Shown: in pieces, positions 40,021-49,739 of the stretch | Position numbering within the stretch: position 1 is the first letter of the stretch | Layout of the letters: each line of letters starts with the position of its first letter | NCBI GenBank assembly: GCA_032250805.1 | Contig: JAVVEM010000013.1 | Coordinates: 8,268-72,267, forward strand | Origin: Bacteroidales bacterium | GTDB taxonomy: Bacteria > Bacteroidota > Bacteroidia > Bacteroidales > B18-G4 | Length of the DNA: 64,000 bases | Direction: 5' to 3' | Translations under genes and position numbers: made by a program | Notes under the pieces: model-generated | Seen by the model: the letters and a program-made list of their open reading frames with translations, nothing else | The model's database searches: none | Told to the model about the DNA's origin: nothing

Positions 40021-40060
40021 GCAATAACGATCATCAGTCCGGATATATACTGCCGGATAT

Positions 40061-42541
40061 CTAATAGGGGTCAACATCGATCCTTACCCTGACCTTTTTA
40101 AAATCTTTCAGTCCGGAAAAATCATCCAGTTGAGCCTGAAGTTCTTCTTTTATTGCCTGCACTGATTCTTTCCGGCTGGTCTTGATCAGAATCTGCTTGA
40201 TATATTGATTCTTTATTCGCGCTACCAGCGGATATTCAGGGCCCAACACCTTTTTGGGGAATGAAGTATGCAACTGGGTGGCCAGCACGCGCGCCGCCTC
40301 ATTCAGCAGCTTATAGTCGCGGCAAAGCAAACGCAACTGAACAAGCCGGAAGTAGGGAGGGTACTGAAAACGGCTGCGCTCGGCCATCTGCCGCTTATAC
40401 AGGGCGATATAATTGCTGTTAACAACGTCTTTTATCACTTCATGATCAGGCTTATAGGTTTGAATGATCACCTTGCCCTGTTTATTTTTCCTTCCTGCCC
40501 TTCCTGCCACCTGCGACATCAACTGGTAGCTGCGCTCATATGACCTGAAATCGGGAAAGTTGATCATATTATCGGCATTCATGATCCCCACAATACTTAC
40601 ATGATCGAAGTCGAGCCCCTTGGTCACCATTTGTGTGCCCACCAAAATATCAACCTCTCTCTTCTCGAAAGCATTGATGATTTTCTGGTGTCCGTGTTTG
40701 CTCCGCGTAGTGTCGAGGTCCATACGCCGGATATTTGCTTCAGGGAAGGTCAGCCGGAGTTCTTCTTCGATCTTCTCTGTGCCAAACCCACGCATCAATA
40801 CCCTTGTGCTTCCGCAATGTCCGCATTCAGGGGGTACCCGTGTACTGTAACCGCAGTAATGGCAGCGCAGATGGTCGGCTTTTTTATGGTAGGTGAGCGA
40901 AATATCGCAACGGATACACATGGGTATCCATGAGCATATTTCGCACTCAAGTCTTGGCGAAAATCCCCGCCGGTTTTGAAAAAGGATGATCTGTTCCTTA
41001 TTTTTCAGGGCTTCCTCCATATGATCAAGAAGGAGTTTGGTAAAGTTTGACTCACTTCCCTTTTTGCGCTTATCTTTTCTGATGTCGGCGAGGATGATTT
41101 CAGGCATAAGCAGGTCGCGGTAGCGTTGATTTAACTCCACGAGTTTATATTTTCCCGTGCCGGCATTGAAATAACTCTCGAAAGAAGGTGTTGCTGTTCC
41201 CAATAATGTCTTGGCTTTGTGCAGGGAGGCGAGGTAAATCCCCGCATCGCGTGCATGATAGCGCGGGGCGGGATCAAACTGCTTATAGCTTTGATCGTGC
41301 GATTCATCAACGATTACCAGTCCAAGCCTGCTAAAGGGTAGAAATACCGCCGATCTTGCCCCAAGGATGATATTATAACTGTCGGCAGGATTGCCGGCAT
41401 TTACCTTGTTCCAGATCTCAACACGTTCCCCTTCGTTATACTTCGAATGATAAACACCAACCTGTTCACCAAAAAACTTCTGCAGCCGGCTGATGATCTG
41501 TGTTGTCAGGGCGATCTCAGGTAAAAGATACAGCACCTGTTTGCCGCTTCTGATCACTTCATCAATCAACCTGATGTAGATCTCTGTTTTGCCGCTTGAA
41601 GTGACCCCGTGCAGCAATACAACATCCTTTTCCTCAAAGCCCTTTCTGATATCGTCAAGGGCATCCTCTTGTTGCCCGTTAAAAATGATCTCCCCGGCAT
41701 TTTTGCTTGAATTTGCTCCATGCAAACGGCTTACGGTTTTTTCTTCAGCAATAAAAATGCCCTTATTAATCAGTTCCTTTAACTGCGCGTGGCTTGCATT
41801 TGCATTTTTCAGGATCGATGTCTTACTGCTTTCGGGATAAGGCTCTGCCCGGGTGCCAAGCTGAATATATGAAATGAGTACTTCCAATTGCTTAAAGGCC
41901 CGCTTCTCCAGTTTTTCAAATACCTCCCTGAGCGCTTCCTCCGACTGGTATGCCGGGGCAAGCCGGATGAATGTTTCGGTCCGTGCTCTATAATGGTCTC
42001 TGAGTTCCTCTTCAAGGATGATGACCTGCTTCCCGATCAGGGTGTTGATAAGTGGAAGTATCTTTATCTGGTCGGTGAGGTCTGAGGCTTCCTTAACCGA
42101 GATGGATTCTTTATGGATCAGGGCTCTGGCGATAAGAGCTTCCCTTTCATTCAGGTTGGCAGAACCTGCAGTAAAACCGGGATGTAATCTCAGCTTCGAT
42201 TCGCTGGCAAGTTTAAAAGCTGAGGGTAAGGCTGCATTCATCACTTCCCCGGCAAAGCACATGTAATATGATGAGATCCAGTCCCAGAACAAGAACTGCA
42301 ATTCGTTAACAATGGCCTTCTCGTCGAGCACCGAGAGGATATATTTGGGCATATAGGATTGGGGAACCTTTTCGTGTACTTTCCTGATGAGGGCCGTAAA
42401 AAGTTTCCTGCGGCCAAACTGTACCGCAACGCGCTTTCCCGGCCCAACAAACTCATTTAATTCAAAAGGTACCCGGTAAGTAAACAATCCTTTTACCGGT
42501 AACGGGAGCATTACATCTACAAAAAGTGTTTTTCTCTCCAT
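40061..42541 (-). CDS. priA: Primosomal replication-restart helicase PriA
   Basis: Walker A GVTSSGKTE, DEAH-type VIVDESHD, and a Cys-rich zinc region (CEICSWIPMCIRCD...CHYCGY...CGHCGS). Start taken at MERKTLFVDV. Confidence 0.92.
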   Translation of the reverse strand: MERKTLFVDVMLPLPVKGLFTYRVPFELNEFVGPGKRVAVQFGRRKLFTALIRKVHEKVPQSYMPKYILSVLDEKAIVNELQFLFWDWISSYYMCFAGEVMNAALPSAFKLASESKLRLHPGFTAGSANLNEREALIARALIHKESISVKEASDLTDQIKILPLINTLIGKQVIILEEELRDHYRARTETFIRLAPAYQSEEALREVFEKLEKRAFKQLEVLISYIQLGTRAEPYPESSKTSILKNANASHAQLKELINKGIFIAEEKTVSRLHGANSSKNAGEIIFNGQQEDALDDIRKGFEEKDVVLLHGVTSSGKTEIYIRLIDEVIRSGKQVLYLLPEIALTTQIISRLQKFFGEQVGVYHSKYNEGERVEIWNKVNAGNPADSYNIILGARSAVFLPFSRLGLVIVDESHDQSYKQFDPAPRYHARDAGIYLASLHKAKTLLGTATPSFESYFNAGTGKYKLVELNQRYRDLLMPEIILADIRKDKRKKGSESNFTKLLLDHMEEALKNKEQIILFQNRRGFSPRLECEICSWIPMCIRCDISLTYHKKADHLRCHYCGYSTRVPPECGHCGSTRVLMRGFGTEKIEEELRLTFPEANIRRMDLDTTRSKHGHQKIINAFEKREVDILVGTQMVTKGLDFDHVSIVGIMNADNMINFPDFRSYERSYQLMSQVAGRAGRKNKQGKVIIQTYKPDHEVIKDVVNSNYIALYKRQMAERSRFQYPPYFRLVQLRLLCRDYKLLNEAARVLATQLHTSFPKKVLGPEYPLVARIKNQYIKQILIKTSRKESVQAIKEELQAQLDDFSGLKDFKKVRVRIDVDPY

Positions 42542-42569
42542 GCCTTCTAACGCCTGTGAGTGGATCCTT

Positions 42570-43550
42570 TTAAATGGCCAGGGTGCGGGCAATATCAAGT
42601 AATTCCAGGTTAATTTCCTGGTGGTGCTTGATGGATTTTTCGAAAGAAGTGAGTTTTATCTCATTATCTACCTGTCCGATCATCACCCCGCTAACGCCAT
42701 CTTTCAGGGTCAGTATGGCCGCATTGCCCAGCCTGCTTGCCAGCACCCTGTCCATAGCCGATGGAGCCCCGCCCCGCTGAATATGGCCCAGAATGGTGAC
42801 CCTGGTTTCGAAGCCGGGAAATTTTTTGTTGATCTCTTTTTCAACCTCCAGCGCACCGCCCGAATCATCCCCTTCGGCAACGATAATGATCCCTGAAGTC
42901 TTGCTTTTCTTCCAGTCTTTTTCGAGCATATACAGCAATTCGTCGATGTATGTGGGGCTTTCAGGTATGAGGATCATTTCTGCCCCGGTGGCAATGCCAC
43001 TTCTGAGGGCAATAAAGCCGGCATCACGACCCATCACCTCTGTAATAAATAAACGGTCGTGCGAATAGGCAGTATCACGCAATTTATCCACTGCCTCTAT
43101 TACGGTATTTAGTGCTGTATCGTAACCAATGGTAAAATCTGTTCCGTAAAGGTCGTTATCGATGGTGCCCGGCAGTCCAACTACGGGTACTCCAAACTCC
43201 TTGCTAAAGATACGGGCTCCGGTAAATGTGCCATCGCCACCGATCACTACCAGGGCATCGATGCCTATAGCCTGCATTTTCTCATACGCTTTTCTACGCC
43301 CTTCTTTTTCGTAAAAGTCTTTGCAGCGGGCCGACTTAAGGATTGTTCCCCCGCGCTGAATGATATTTGATACCGAGCGGCTGTGCAGAGGAACGATCTC
43401 ACCATTGATGAGCCCCTGGTAACCTCTCATGGAACCCGCCATTTCGAAACCTTCGTTAATGCCGGTGCGCACCACGGCCCTTATTGCCGCATTCATGCCG
43501 GGCGAATCACCGCCGGAAGTGAGGACCGCTATTTTTTTGATTTCTTTCAT
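42570..43550 (-). CDS. pfkA: ATP-dependent 6-phosphofructokinase
   Basis: Contains IAVLTSGGDSPGMNAAIR, VIGGDGTF, PGTIDND, MGRDAGFIAL and GHIQRGG motifs. Confidence 0.94.
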   Translation of the reverse strand: MKEIKKIAVLTSGGDSPGMNAAIRAVVRTGINEGFEMAGSMRGYQGLINGEIVPLHSRSVSNIIQRGGTILKSARCKDFYEKEGRRKAYEKMQAIGIDALVVIGGDGTFTGARIFSKEFGVPVVGLPGTIDNDLYGTDFTIGYDTALNTVIEAVDKLRDTAYSHDRLFITEVMGRDAGFIALRSGIATGAEMILIPESPTYIDELLYMLEKDWKKSKTSGIIIVAEGDDSGGALEVEKEINKKFPGFETRVTILGHIQRGGAPSAMDRVLASRLGNAAILTLKDGVSGVMIGQVDNEIKLTSFEKSIKHHQEINLELLDIARTLAI

Positions 43551-43574
43551 TGGGTTGAAACTAATTACGAAATG

Positions 43575-43582
43575 CAAAGTTA
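43575..43582 (-). promoter_or_regulatory. Bacteroidota -7 promoter box (TAACTTTG) for pfkA
   Basis: The reverse complement of caaagtta matches TAnnTTTG. It lies 25 nt upstream of the ATG at 43550 and overlaps the stop of the upstream gene. Confidence 0.4.
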
Positions 43583-44785
43583 GTCAATTATGGATTGGTG
43601 ATCCGGGTCTTCAGCTTTCTCTTTTCTGCTGCCTTCATACAATTCATATTTCATAAACCGGCATTCGATAGGGCCATTATATATTTTAATCTTTTTCGAC
43701 GGCCTAAGCCCGATGAACTTCATGGCTCTCAGGTCACCACTGATGATCCATGCCTCGGCATTCTTGTAATTTTGCTTCAGGGTGTCACCAATGGATTTGT
43801 AGAGCGATATGATGTCGTCAGTTTTAACCCGCTCACCGTAGGGAGGGTTCATGATGATGTGCAGTTCGCCGGCCGGCGAACGGAGTTTCTCAAAAGCCGA
43901 AGGGTGAAGGCTGATTGATTTATCAAGCCCGGCGCTGCTTATATTTTTACGCGTAACGCGCATGGCAAGCGGTGAGCTGTCACCTCCCATCACCACCTTC
44001 GATAGGTATTCGGATGGCGGCTGGTATTTTTCCCTGATCGATTTTAGCAAGGCAGCATCAAAGTCTTTCCACTTTTCAAAGCCGAATTGTTTCCTGTAAT
44101 AGCCGGAGGGAATTCCATTGGCGATCATGGCTGCCTCGATGAGGATGGTGCCCGAACCACACATGGGGTCGAGCAGGAGTTTTTTGCCATCCCAGCCACT
44201 AAGCAGGATCAAGCCCGCGGCAAGCACTTCGCTAAGCGGGGCATTGCCAAGCGAAACCTTATATCCCCTCAGGTGTAGCGATGATCCCGAACTGTCGAGC
44301 GAGATGGTGCAATGGTTTTTGTTGATATGGACATTGATCCTGATATCTGGATCATCGGTATCCACATTGGGGCGCTGCCCGTATTTTGTCCTGAAAAAAT
44401 CTGCAATGGCATCCTTGGTCTTTAATGCGGCATACATGGAATGGGTGATGCCTGAGTTAAAAACTGCTCCGTCGATGGCAAAGGTGGTATTCAGGTCCAT
44501 GAACCCGTCCCACGGAAGTTTCAGGCATTTGCTGTACAATTCCTTGTCGTCCACCGCGCTGAACTCGTACAATGGCTTCAGAAAGCGTAATGCAGTCCGG
44601 CATGTGTAGTTGCAGGTGTAAAGCGTTTCATTATTCCCCTTAAAACTTACACCCCGGTGGATGACCTCAATATCATGTCCGCCGGCCTGCTCAATTTCAC
44701 CGGCAAGAACTTCTTCCAGCCCGTAGACGGTCTTTGCGGTAATTGCGAAAAGATGATCTGATTTGATACCGGGACTGTTTTGCAT
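43580..44785 (-). CDS. THUMP-domain class I SAM-dependent RNA methyltransferase (RlmL/COG0116-like)
   Basis: It has an N-terminal THUMP-like region, SAM motif I DPMCGSGTILIEA and catalytic NPPYG (IMNPPYGERV). Confidence 0.8.
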   Translation of the reverse strand: MQNSPGIKSDHLFAITAKTVYGLEEVLAGEIEQAGGHDIEVIHRGVSFKGNNETLYTCNYTCRTALRFLKPLYEFSAVDDKELYSKCLKLPWDGFMDLNTTFAIDGAVFNSGITHSMYAALKTKDAIADFFRTKYGQRPNVDTDDPDIRINVHINKNHCTISLDSSGSSLHLRGYKVSLGNAPLSEVLAAGLILLSGWDGKKLLLDPMCGSGTILIEAAMIANGIPSGYYRKQFGFEKWKDFDAALLKSIREKYQPPSEYLSKVVMGGDSSPLAMRVTRKNISSAGLDKSISLHPSAFEKLRSPAGELHIIMNPPYGERVKTDDIISLYKSIGDTLKQNYKNAEAWIISGDLRAMKFIGLRPSKKIKIYNGPIECRFMKYELYEGSRKEKAEDPDHQSIID

Positions 44786-44816
44786 GTGTCAAAGATAGTA
44801 CAAATAAGGCGAACAT

Positions 44817-45998
44817 TCAGATTTTCCCGATACTGCGTTTGCTTTTTATAATAAGCTTTTGTCTCCAGACTGCCCTTGAACGGTTTTCAGCATCGGCACC
44901 GATCAGGAAGGCATATGGCTTCAGTTCTTTTGATTGCTCAAAAATAATCTTTAGGACAGCTCCCACAGGAATAACCACGAACATGCCAACGATGCCCCAA
45001 ACCATACCTCCGATGATGATCAGTAAGATAGTAAACAGGGGGTTAAGACTGACATAATTGCCGGTTATGTTGGGGGTAAGGATATTGTTTTCGAGAAACT
45101 GAATGATGACGAACAACAGGAGTACCCACACTGCGAGGCCTGGGGTATCGCCGGTTAAAAGAGCAAAGGTAAATGGAATACTGGCACCTATCCATGTTCC
45201 GAAATAAGGTATGAGGTTAAAGAGAGCTGAAATGATGCCGAAAAGAATGGCATATTTTACACCAACGATCCACAAGCCCAGGGAGTTCAATACCGACAGA
45301 ATCAGGACAACCGTAAATAAGCCTCCCACATAGCGCGGGACTATAAATGAGATCCGCTTCATAATGTTGCGTGCATCTTCTTCGCGCTTTGACGGTACCG
45401 CCATGATAATGAACTTGTAGAACTTTTCGCGGTAGTAGAGCATGTAGAACATGAATACGGGAATCATCCCCAGTATAAAGATCGTGCTTGTTGTGCCCTT
45501 GAAAACTGATTTGGTAAAATTTCCTGACAGATTAAAAATGTCGTTGATCGCATCATGAATAAGAAGGTTTTGAGATTCAACGGTATAACCGAAATAATTT
45601 TCAATGAATTGCCCAAGCTGGTCAATGTTGCTGTGTGCTTTGTCGATCAAAGCAGGGATATCGCGTGTGAGGAGGAGGGCATTTTTATAAAGGATAAAAA
45701 CTGCAAATGTAAGGATGCCAACCAACAGGAAAATAGAAATAATATTGGCTAGTGCCCCGGGAAAACGGGCCTTGTTCTCAAGAAATCTAACCAAGGGATA
45801 TACAAGATAACTGAAGATCGCACCCAGGATAAGTGGGCTGAAGAAACTCTTGGCAATAATGATGCTGTAAAAGAGCAGAATCGCAAATAGAAGAAAAAAT
45901 GATGCTGTTACGATTCTGGGGGTCTTATTGAAGGCGTTCTCTGTCATTTCTGTTTTATTCTGATATTTGCAAGAGATAAAGTTAGTAATTTCATTCAT
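44817..45998 (-). CDS. AI-2E (PerM/UPF0118) family transporter
   Basis: About 8 TM, with a conserved C-terminal region (LIPYFGTWIGASIPF...NILTPNITGNYVSLNP) typical of the family. The exact start is uncertain. Confidence 0.75.
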   Translation of the reverse strand: MNEITNFISCKYQNKTEMTENAFNKTPRIVTASFFLLFAILLFYSIIIAKSFFSPLILGAIFSYLVYPLVRFLENKARFPGALANIISIFLLVGILTFAVFILYKNALLLTRDIPALIDKAHSNIDQLGQFIENYFGYTVESQNLLIHDAINDIFNLSGNFTKSVFKGTTSTIFILGMIPVFMFYMLYYREKFYKFIIMAVPSKREEDARNIMKRISFIVPRYVGGLFTVVLILSVLNSLGLWIVGVKYAILFGIISALFNLIPYFGTWIGASIPFTFALLTGDTPGLAVWVLLLFVIIQFLENNILTPNITGNYVSLNPLFTILLIIIGGMVWGIVGMFVVIPVGAVLKIIFEQSKELKPYAFLIGADAENRSRAVWRQKLIIKSKRSIGKI

Positions 45999-46023
45999 GA
46001 AATAAAAGCAAATTGTTTGCCAA

Positions 46024-46368
46024 ATGACGATAAAAGAAGCGCAAAATATTGTTGATCAATGGATCAACACCACAGGAGTGAGGTACTTTAATGAACTCAC
46101 CAATACTGCTATATTGATGGAAGAGGTGGGCGAAGTAGCCAGGATCATGGCACGGAAATTCGGCGAGCAGTCGTTTAAGAATGATGAAAATGAAGCGAAC
46201 CTCGCTGATGAATTTGCCGATGTTTTGTTTGTGCTTATTTGCCTTGCCAACCAAACCGGAGTCGACCTGACCAAAGCCCTTAAGCAAAATATCGAAAAAA
46301 AGACCCGAAGGGATAAGTTCCGGCATGCTGAGAATACGAAACTGAACAAGGACCCGCGAAAAAAGTGA
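46024..46368 (+). CDS. Small MazG-type nucleotide pyrophosphohydrolase
   Basis: E-x-x-E-(x)n-E-x-x-D pattern (LMEEVGEVAR...LADEFADVLFVL); 114 aa. Confidence 0.75.
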   Translation: MTIKEAQNIVDQWINTTGVRYFNELTNTAILMEEVGEVARIMARKFGEQSFKNDENEANLADEFADVLFVLICLANQTGVDLTKALKQNIEKKTRRDKFRHAENTKLNKDPRKK

Positions 46369-46392
46369 TCAGCAACACTGAAATTCGTTATC

Positions 46393-47196
46393 TTATATCT
46401 TCATCTCGTTTATCAGGATACATGAATATTCCTGCTGCAATTCGTGTTTGCGGTTTTTGATCATACGATTGAATGCTTCGAGTGATGGGGAGGATCTGTC
46501 GGGGTATTTGCGAATAAAATTGTTAATTTCTTTTTGCATGTTCAGATGATCATGCCAAAAGCCGGCCAGATCAGCCAGGTCGCGTAAACGCGATACACCG
46601 ATGTTAAGGCTGTCTTCAACAGGCAATTGTTCGTCGAAGATATTGTTAAGGTAGTTGATATCTTTCAGCCGGCGGCGAATGCTGTGAAATCTTTTTTCCT
46701 GCCTGCTTTCATGAAAAATATAGCTGATCTCATTGGTGAGGATGGTCAGCAAAGAAATTCCTTCTGCATAAGCTTGCTCACGATCTACATGCTGGAGGGC
46801 CTGTCTGAGTTTGGAACTGATCTCGTCGGGATGTTCTTTCTTAAACCCCGCAAGGGCGATTTCATATTTATTTCTTCTCTGGCCGGTCTTTCGCAACAAA
46901 TTGCTCAGGACCGGGTCGAGCTCCGGGAGCTTAAATTCTTTCAATAGCAGGCCGATGATCTGTAAATCCCTCAAATTTCCTGCCTGCTTAAATAATGTAT
47001 TGATTTCCTGCATGCTGCTCAGCATGTCGGAATCTTTCCTTATCTGATTCACAAGCCTCATCACCACCCGCAGCCGTTTAATGCTCAGGCGCAGATTGTG
47101 TATGGCCTCAATATTTTCGGGATCCTCACTCAGCAGGAGGTTCTCCTTAATTATGTCTGTGTGTTTTGAATAATACTTAAAGACAGGATTTAACAT
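46393..47196 (-). CDS. Stand-alone CHAD-domain protein
   Basis: It is all-helical and basic, with HNLRLSIKRLRVVMRL and HSIRRRLKDINYL. These are the repeated H..R...K..R helices typical of CHAD. Confidence 0.7.
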   Translation of the reverse strand: MLNPVFKYYSKHTDIIKENLLLSEDPENIEAIHNLRLSIKRLRVVMRLVNQIRKDSDMLSSMQEINTLFKQAGNLRDLQIIGLLLKEFKLPELDPVLSNLLRKTGQRRNKYEIALAGFKKEHPDEISSKLRQALQHVDREQAYAEGISLLTILTNEISYIFHESRQEKRFHSIRRRLKDINYLNNIFDEQLPVEDSLNIGVSRLRDLADLAGFWHDHLNMQKEINNFIRKYPDRSSPSLEAFNRMIKNRKHELQQEYSCILINEMKI

Positions 47197-47394
47197 CTTG
47201 CTGCAAAATTAATCATTCTGAGGATACCGTTTACCGGTAATCGCATCGATTACATTAATTATCAGGCTGCCAGTACAATCGCTCAAAAAGGTATACCAAT
47301 AGTTAATTATAAACTACCACGTGTTAATTAATTGCTGCCCCCGCAACCATTACTCAAAACAATTTTTTATCTTCGGCCTGAAAATTTTCGGGCT

Positions 47395-48876
47395 ATGGTA
47401 TTAAGGTGGTTTATCAGTCATCAGTTCAAGCAGCTCAGACGTTCGCCATTCTGGCAAAAGAGCCTGGCTATAAACATTGTTCTTTCATTTCTGGTTGGAC
47501 TCGTTCTTCTCGAACTACTCGGCCTTGGCATTATGCTGCCGGTAATACTGACAGAAATCTATCCTGATGAGAACCTTGTGGCGTTATTCAATAGTGCATT
47601 GCTGTATTATTTCGCTATTGATCTCATACTTCGGTATTTAATGCAATACCTTCCTGTGATATCAGCTCAGCCTTATTTTCATCTTCCGATACGAAAATCG
47701 GTTATTGTGCATTATATGCTTGCAAAGTCGATATTCTTTATCATGAACTATCTTCCCTTGCTGGTTTTTATCCCCTGGGCTCTAAATGCCGTTGCAGTTG
47801 AATATACAACACCGCAGGCTCTCAGGTGGTTGCTGGGGCTCATCTTTCTTGTCTTTGCCAATAATTTTATTGTTATTTTTGTGAAGCGGCAAATATTTAC
47901 CCGCCCCTGGATAGTTCTTATCTTTGTGATTGCGCTGATAGGATTTATTGTACTCGATTATTTAAACGTGTATTCCATCTCTGCAATATCAACATCTCTA
48001 TTCCATTATCTTATCACTATTCCCTGGACCAACCTTGTTCCCCTTGCTTTGCTCATTTTCGTATATGCCGTCAATTTTTCATTTCTGAGGGCCCGTATGT
48101 ATATCGAAGAGATGAGTATGAAAAAGCATACACGAACCGATTCACATACCGGGATCAAATACCTGAAGAGCCTCGGACGAATTGGTGAAATGGTGGCTTT
48201 TGAACTGAAACTTTACTGGCGTAACAAACGTTCCAAATCACTGTTTTATATGGTTCCGGTTTTTTTGCTCTATGGATTTTTCTTTTATCCGAATGATGTA
48301 TACATGGAACTTGGCGGAATGATGGTGTTTGTTGGGATATTTGTCACCGGTGGGGTGGGAATGAGTTTTGGAAATTATTTCCTCGGTTGGGAAAGCAGCT
48401 TTTTTGATACAATCTTAGCCAATAACATTGATTTTGAGAAATATTTCAGGGCGAAATATATGATACTACTGGGCATGGCAGTGATCTCATATGTGGTTAC
48501 ATTACCCTATGCTATTTTTGGTTGGGAGATCCTGTATGTTAATACAATGTGTTTTCTGATGAATATCGGGGTCAATGCCTACGTGATCCTGCTCTTTTGC
48601 ACCAATAATAAAAAACGAATGGATCTGAGCAGGGGCGCAACATTCAACTATCAGGGGGTTGGGGCATCGCAATTCCTGATCATGCTTCCACTTTTGCTGC
48701 TGCCTGTTTTGCTTTACGCTTTATTTTCGATCTTCCTTGATTTTATCCCGGCAGTAAGCATTCTGGGTATGGTAGGTTTAATCGGGATTCTTTTCCACAG
48801 GGTGTGGATGCATAAGGTGATTACAAGGTTTCTGCGCAGAAAATATATCATCGCTGAAGGATTCAGGGAAAAATAA
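47395..48876 (+). CDS. 12-TM membrane protein, internally duplicated ABC-2-like permease (I recall the family name DUF5687)
   Basis: Six hydrophobic spans, a ~50-aa basic loop (RARMYIEEMSMKKHTRTD...YWRNKRSKS), then six more spans. An ABC ATPase gene follows 38 nt downstream. The listed ORF begins at a TTG (47332); the ATG at 47395 is preferred. Confidence 0.65.
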   Translation: MVLRWFISHQFKQLRRSPFWQKSLAINIVLSFLVGLVLLELLGLGIMLPVILTEIYPDENLVALFNSALLYYFAIDLILRYLMQYLPVISAQPYFHLPIRKSVIVHYMLAKSIFFIMNYLPLLVFIPWALNAVAVEYTTPQALRWLLGLIFLVFANNFIVIFVKRQIFTRPWIVLIFVIALIGFIVLDYLNVYSISAISTSLFHYLITIPWTNLVPLALLIFVYAVNFSFLRARMYIEEMSMKKHTRTDSHTGIKYLKSLGRIGEMVAFELKLYWRNKRSKSLFYMVPVFLLYGFFFYPNDVYMELGGMMVFVGIFVTGGVGMSFGNYFLGWESSFFDTILANNIDFEKYFRAKYMILLGMAVISYVVTLPYAIFGWEILYVNTMCFLMNIGVNAYVILLFCTNNKKRMDLSRGATFNYQGVGASQFLIMLPLLLLPVLLYALFSIFLDFIPAVSILGMVGLIGILFHRVWMHKVITRFLRRKYIIAEGFREK

Positions 48877-48914
48877 TTCTGATAACTGAGTGTTTTAACC
48901 TAACGAAAAACAAT

Positions 48915-49610
48915 ATGATAGAAGTAAAAGACCTGACCAAAGCCTACCACGGGAATGTAGTGCTTGATATTCCCAAACTTACGATACCCAAAGGGGAAAG
49001 CTTTGGCCTGGTTGGGAATAACGGAGCGGGAAAAACAACGTTTTTTCGCCTGATCCTGGATCTGATCCGTCCAACAAGTGGTACAGTTTACATCGACTCC
49101 GTGAATGTAATGGGTTCGGTTGGCTGGAAAAGCTTTACAGGGTCATACCTGGATGAGGGTTTTCTTATAGATTTTCTTACACCGGAAGAATATTTTGAAT
49201 TCCTGGCCGATATCAATGGGCTGTCCAAAGGAGATGTGAAAGAGTTCTATGCAACTTTTGCAGAATTCTTTAACCAGGAAGTGCTGGGCAAGAAAAAGTA
49301 TATCCGTGAACTGTCTTCGGGTAACCAGAAAAAAGTGGGCATCGCGGCAGCGCTTATGACCAATCCTCAGTTGGTGATCCTGGATGAACCATTTAACAGC
49401 CTCGACCCAACCACACAGATACGTCTTAAAAAACTACTGAAGAATATTAAGGAAAACAGAAATGTTACGGCACTTATCTCCAGCCACGATCTGAGTCATG
49501 TTACTGAGGTGTGCGAACGCATCGTTGTGCTCGAAGTGGGTAATATCATTAAAGACATCAAAACCACAAACACAACACTGAAAGACCTTGAGAAATATTT
49601 TTCAGTTTAG
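48915..49610 (+). CDS. ABC transporter ATP-binding protein (ABC-2/CcmA-like)
   Basis: Walker A GNNGAGKTT, signature LSSGNQKK, Walker B LVILDEP and H-loop SSHDL; 231 aa. Confidence 0.92.
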   Translation: MIEVKDLTKAYHGNVVLDIPKLTIPKGESFGLVGNNGAGKTTFFRLILDLIRPTSGTVYIDSVNVMGSVGWKSFTGSYLDEGFLIDFLTPEEYFEFLADINGLSKGDVKEFYATFAEFFNQEVLGKKKYIRELSSGNQKKVGIAAALMTNPQLVILDEPFNSLDPTTQIRLKKLLKNIKENRNVTALISSHDLSHVTEVCERIVVLEVGNIIKDIKTTNTTLKDLEKYFSV

Positions 49611-49739
49611 CCCGTGTTGTGCTGAATAAATAATTGTTTTCTGCAGGTAAGGCAAAATTCTTCAACACTGTTTTATTATATCAGCCTGTTTTTTTAAACG
49701 GCAGTTCATTATTCCACAGAGAATGTTTATTTTTAAAAA

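Noticed and set aside
40038-40060. CCGGATAT direct repeat / TCCGG...CCGGA hairpin between the convergent adaptor and priA genes, considered as a terminator
   Set aside because: It has only a 5-bp stem, a 10-nt loop and no U-tract. It is too weak to call, and the direct repeat is only 8 bp.
48915-49610. ABC ATPase considered as the missing ATPase of the MacB-like permease at 13754-15115
   Set aside because: It lies 38 nt downstream of, and is evidently paired with, the 12-TM permease. It is 34 kb from the MacB-like gene, and nothing in the sequence links the two.
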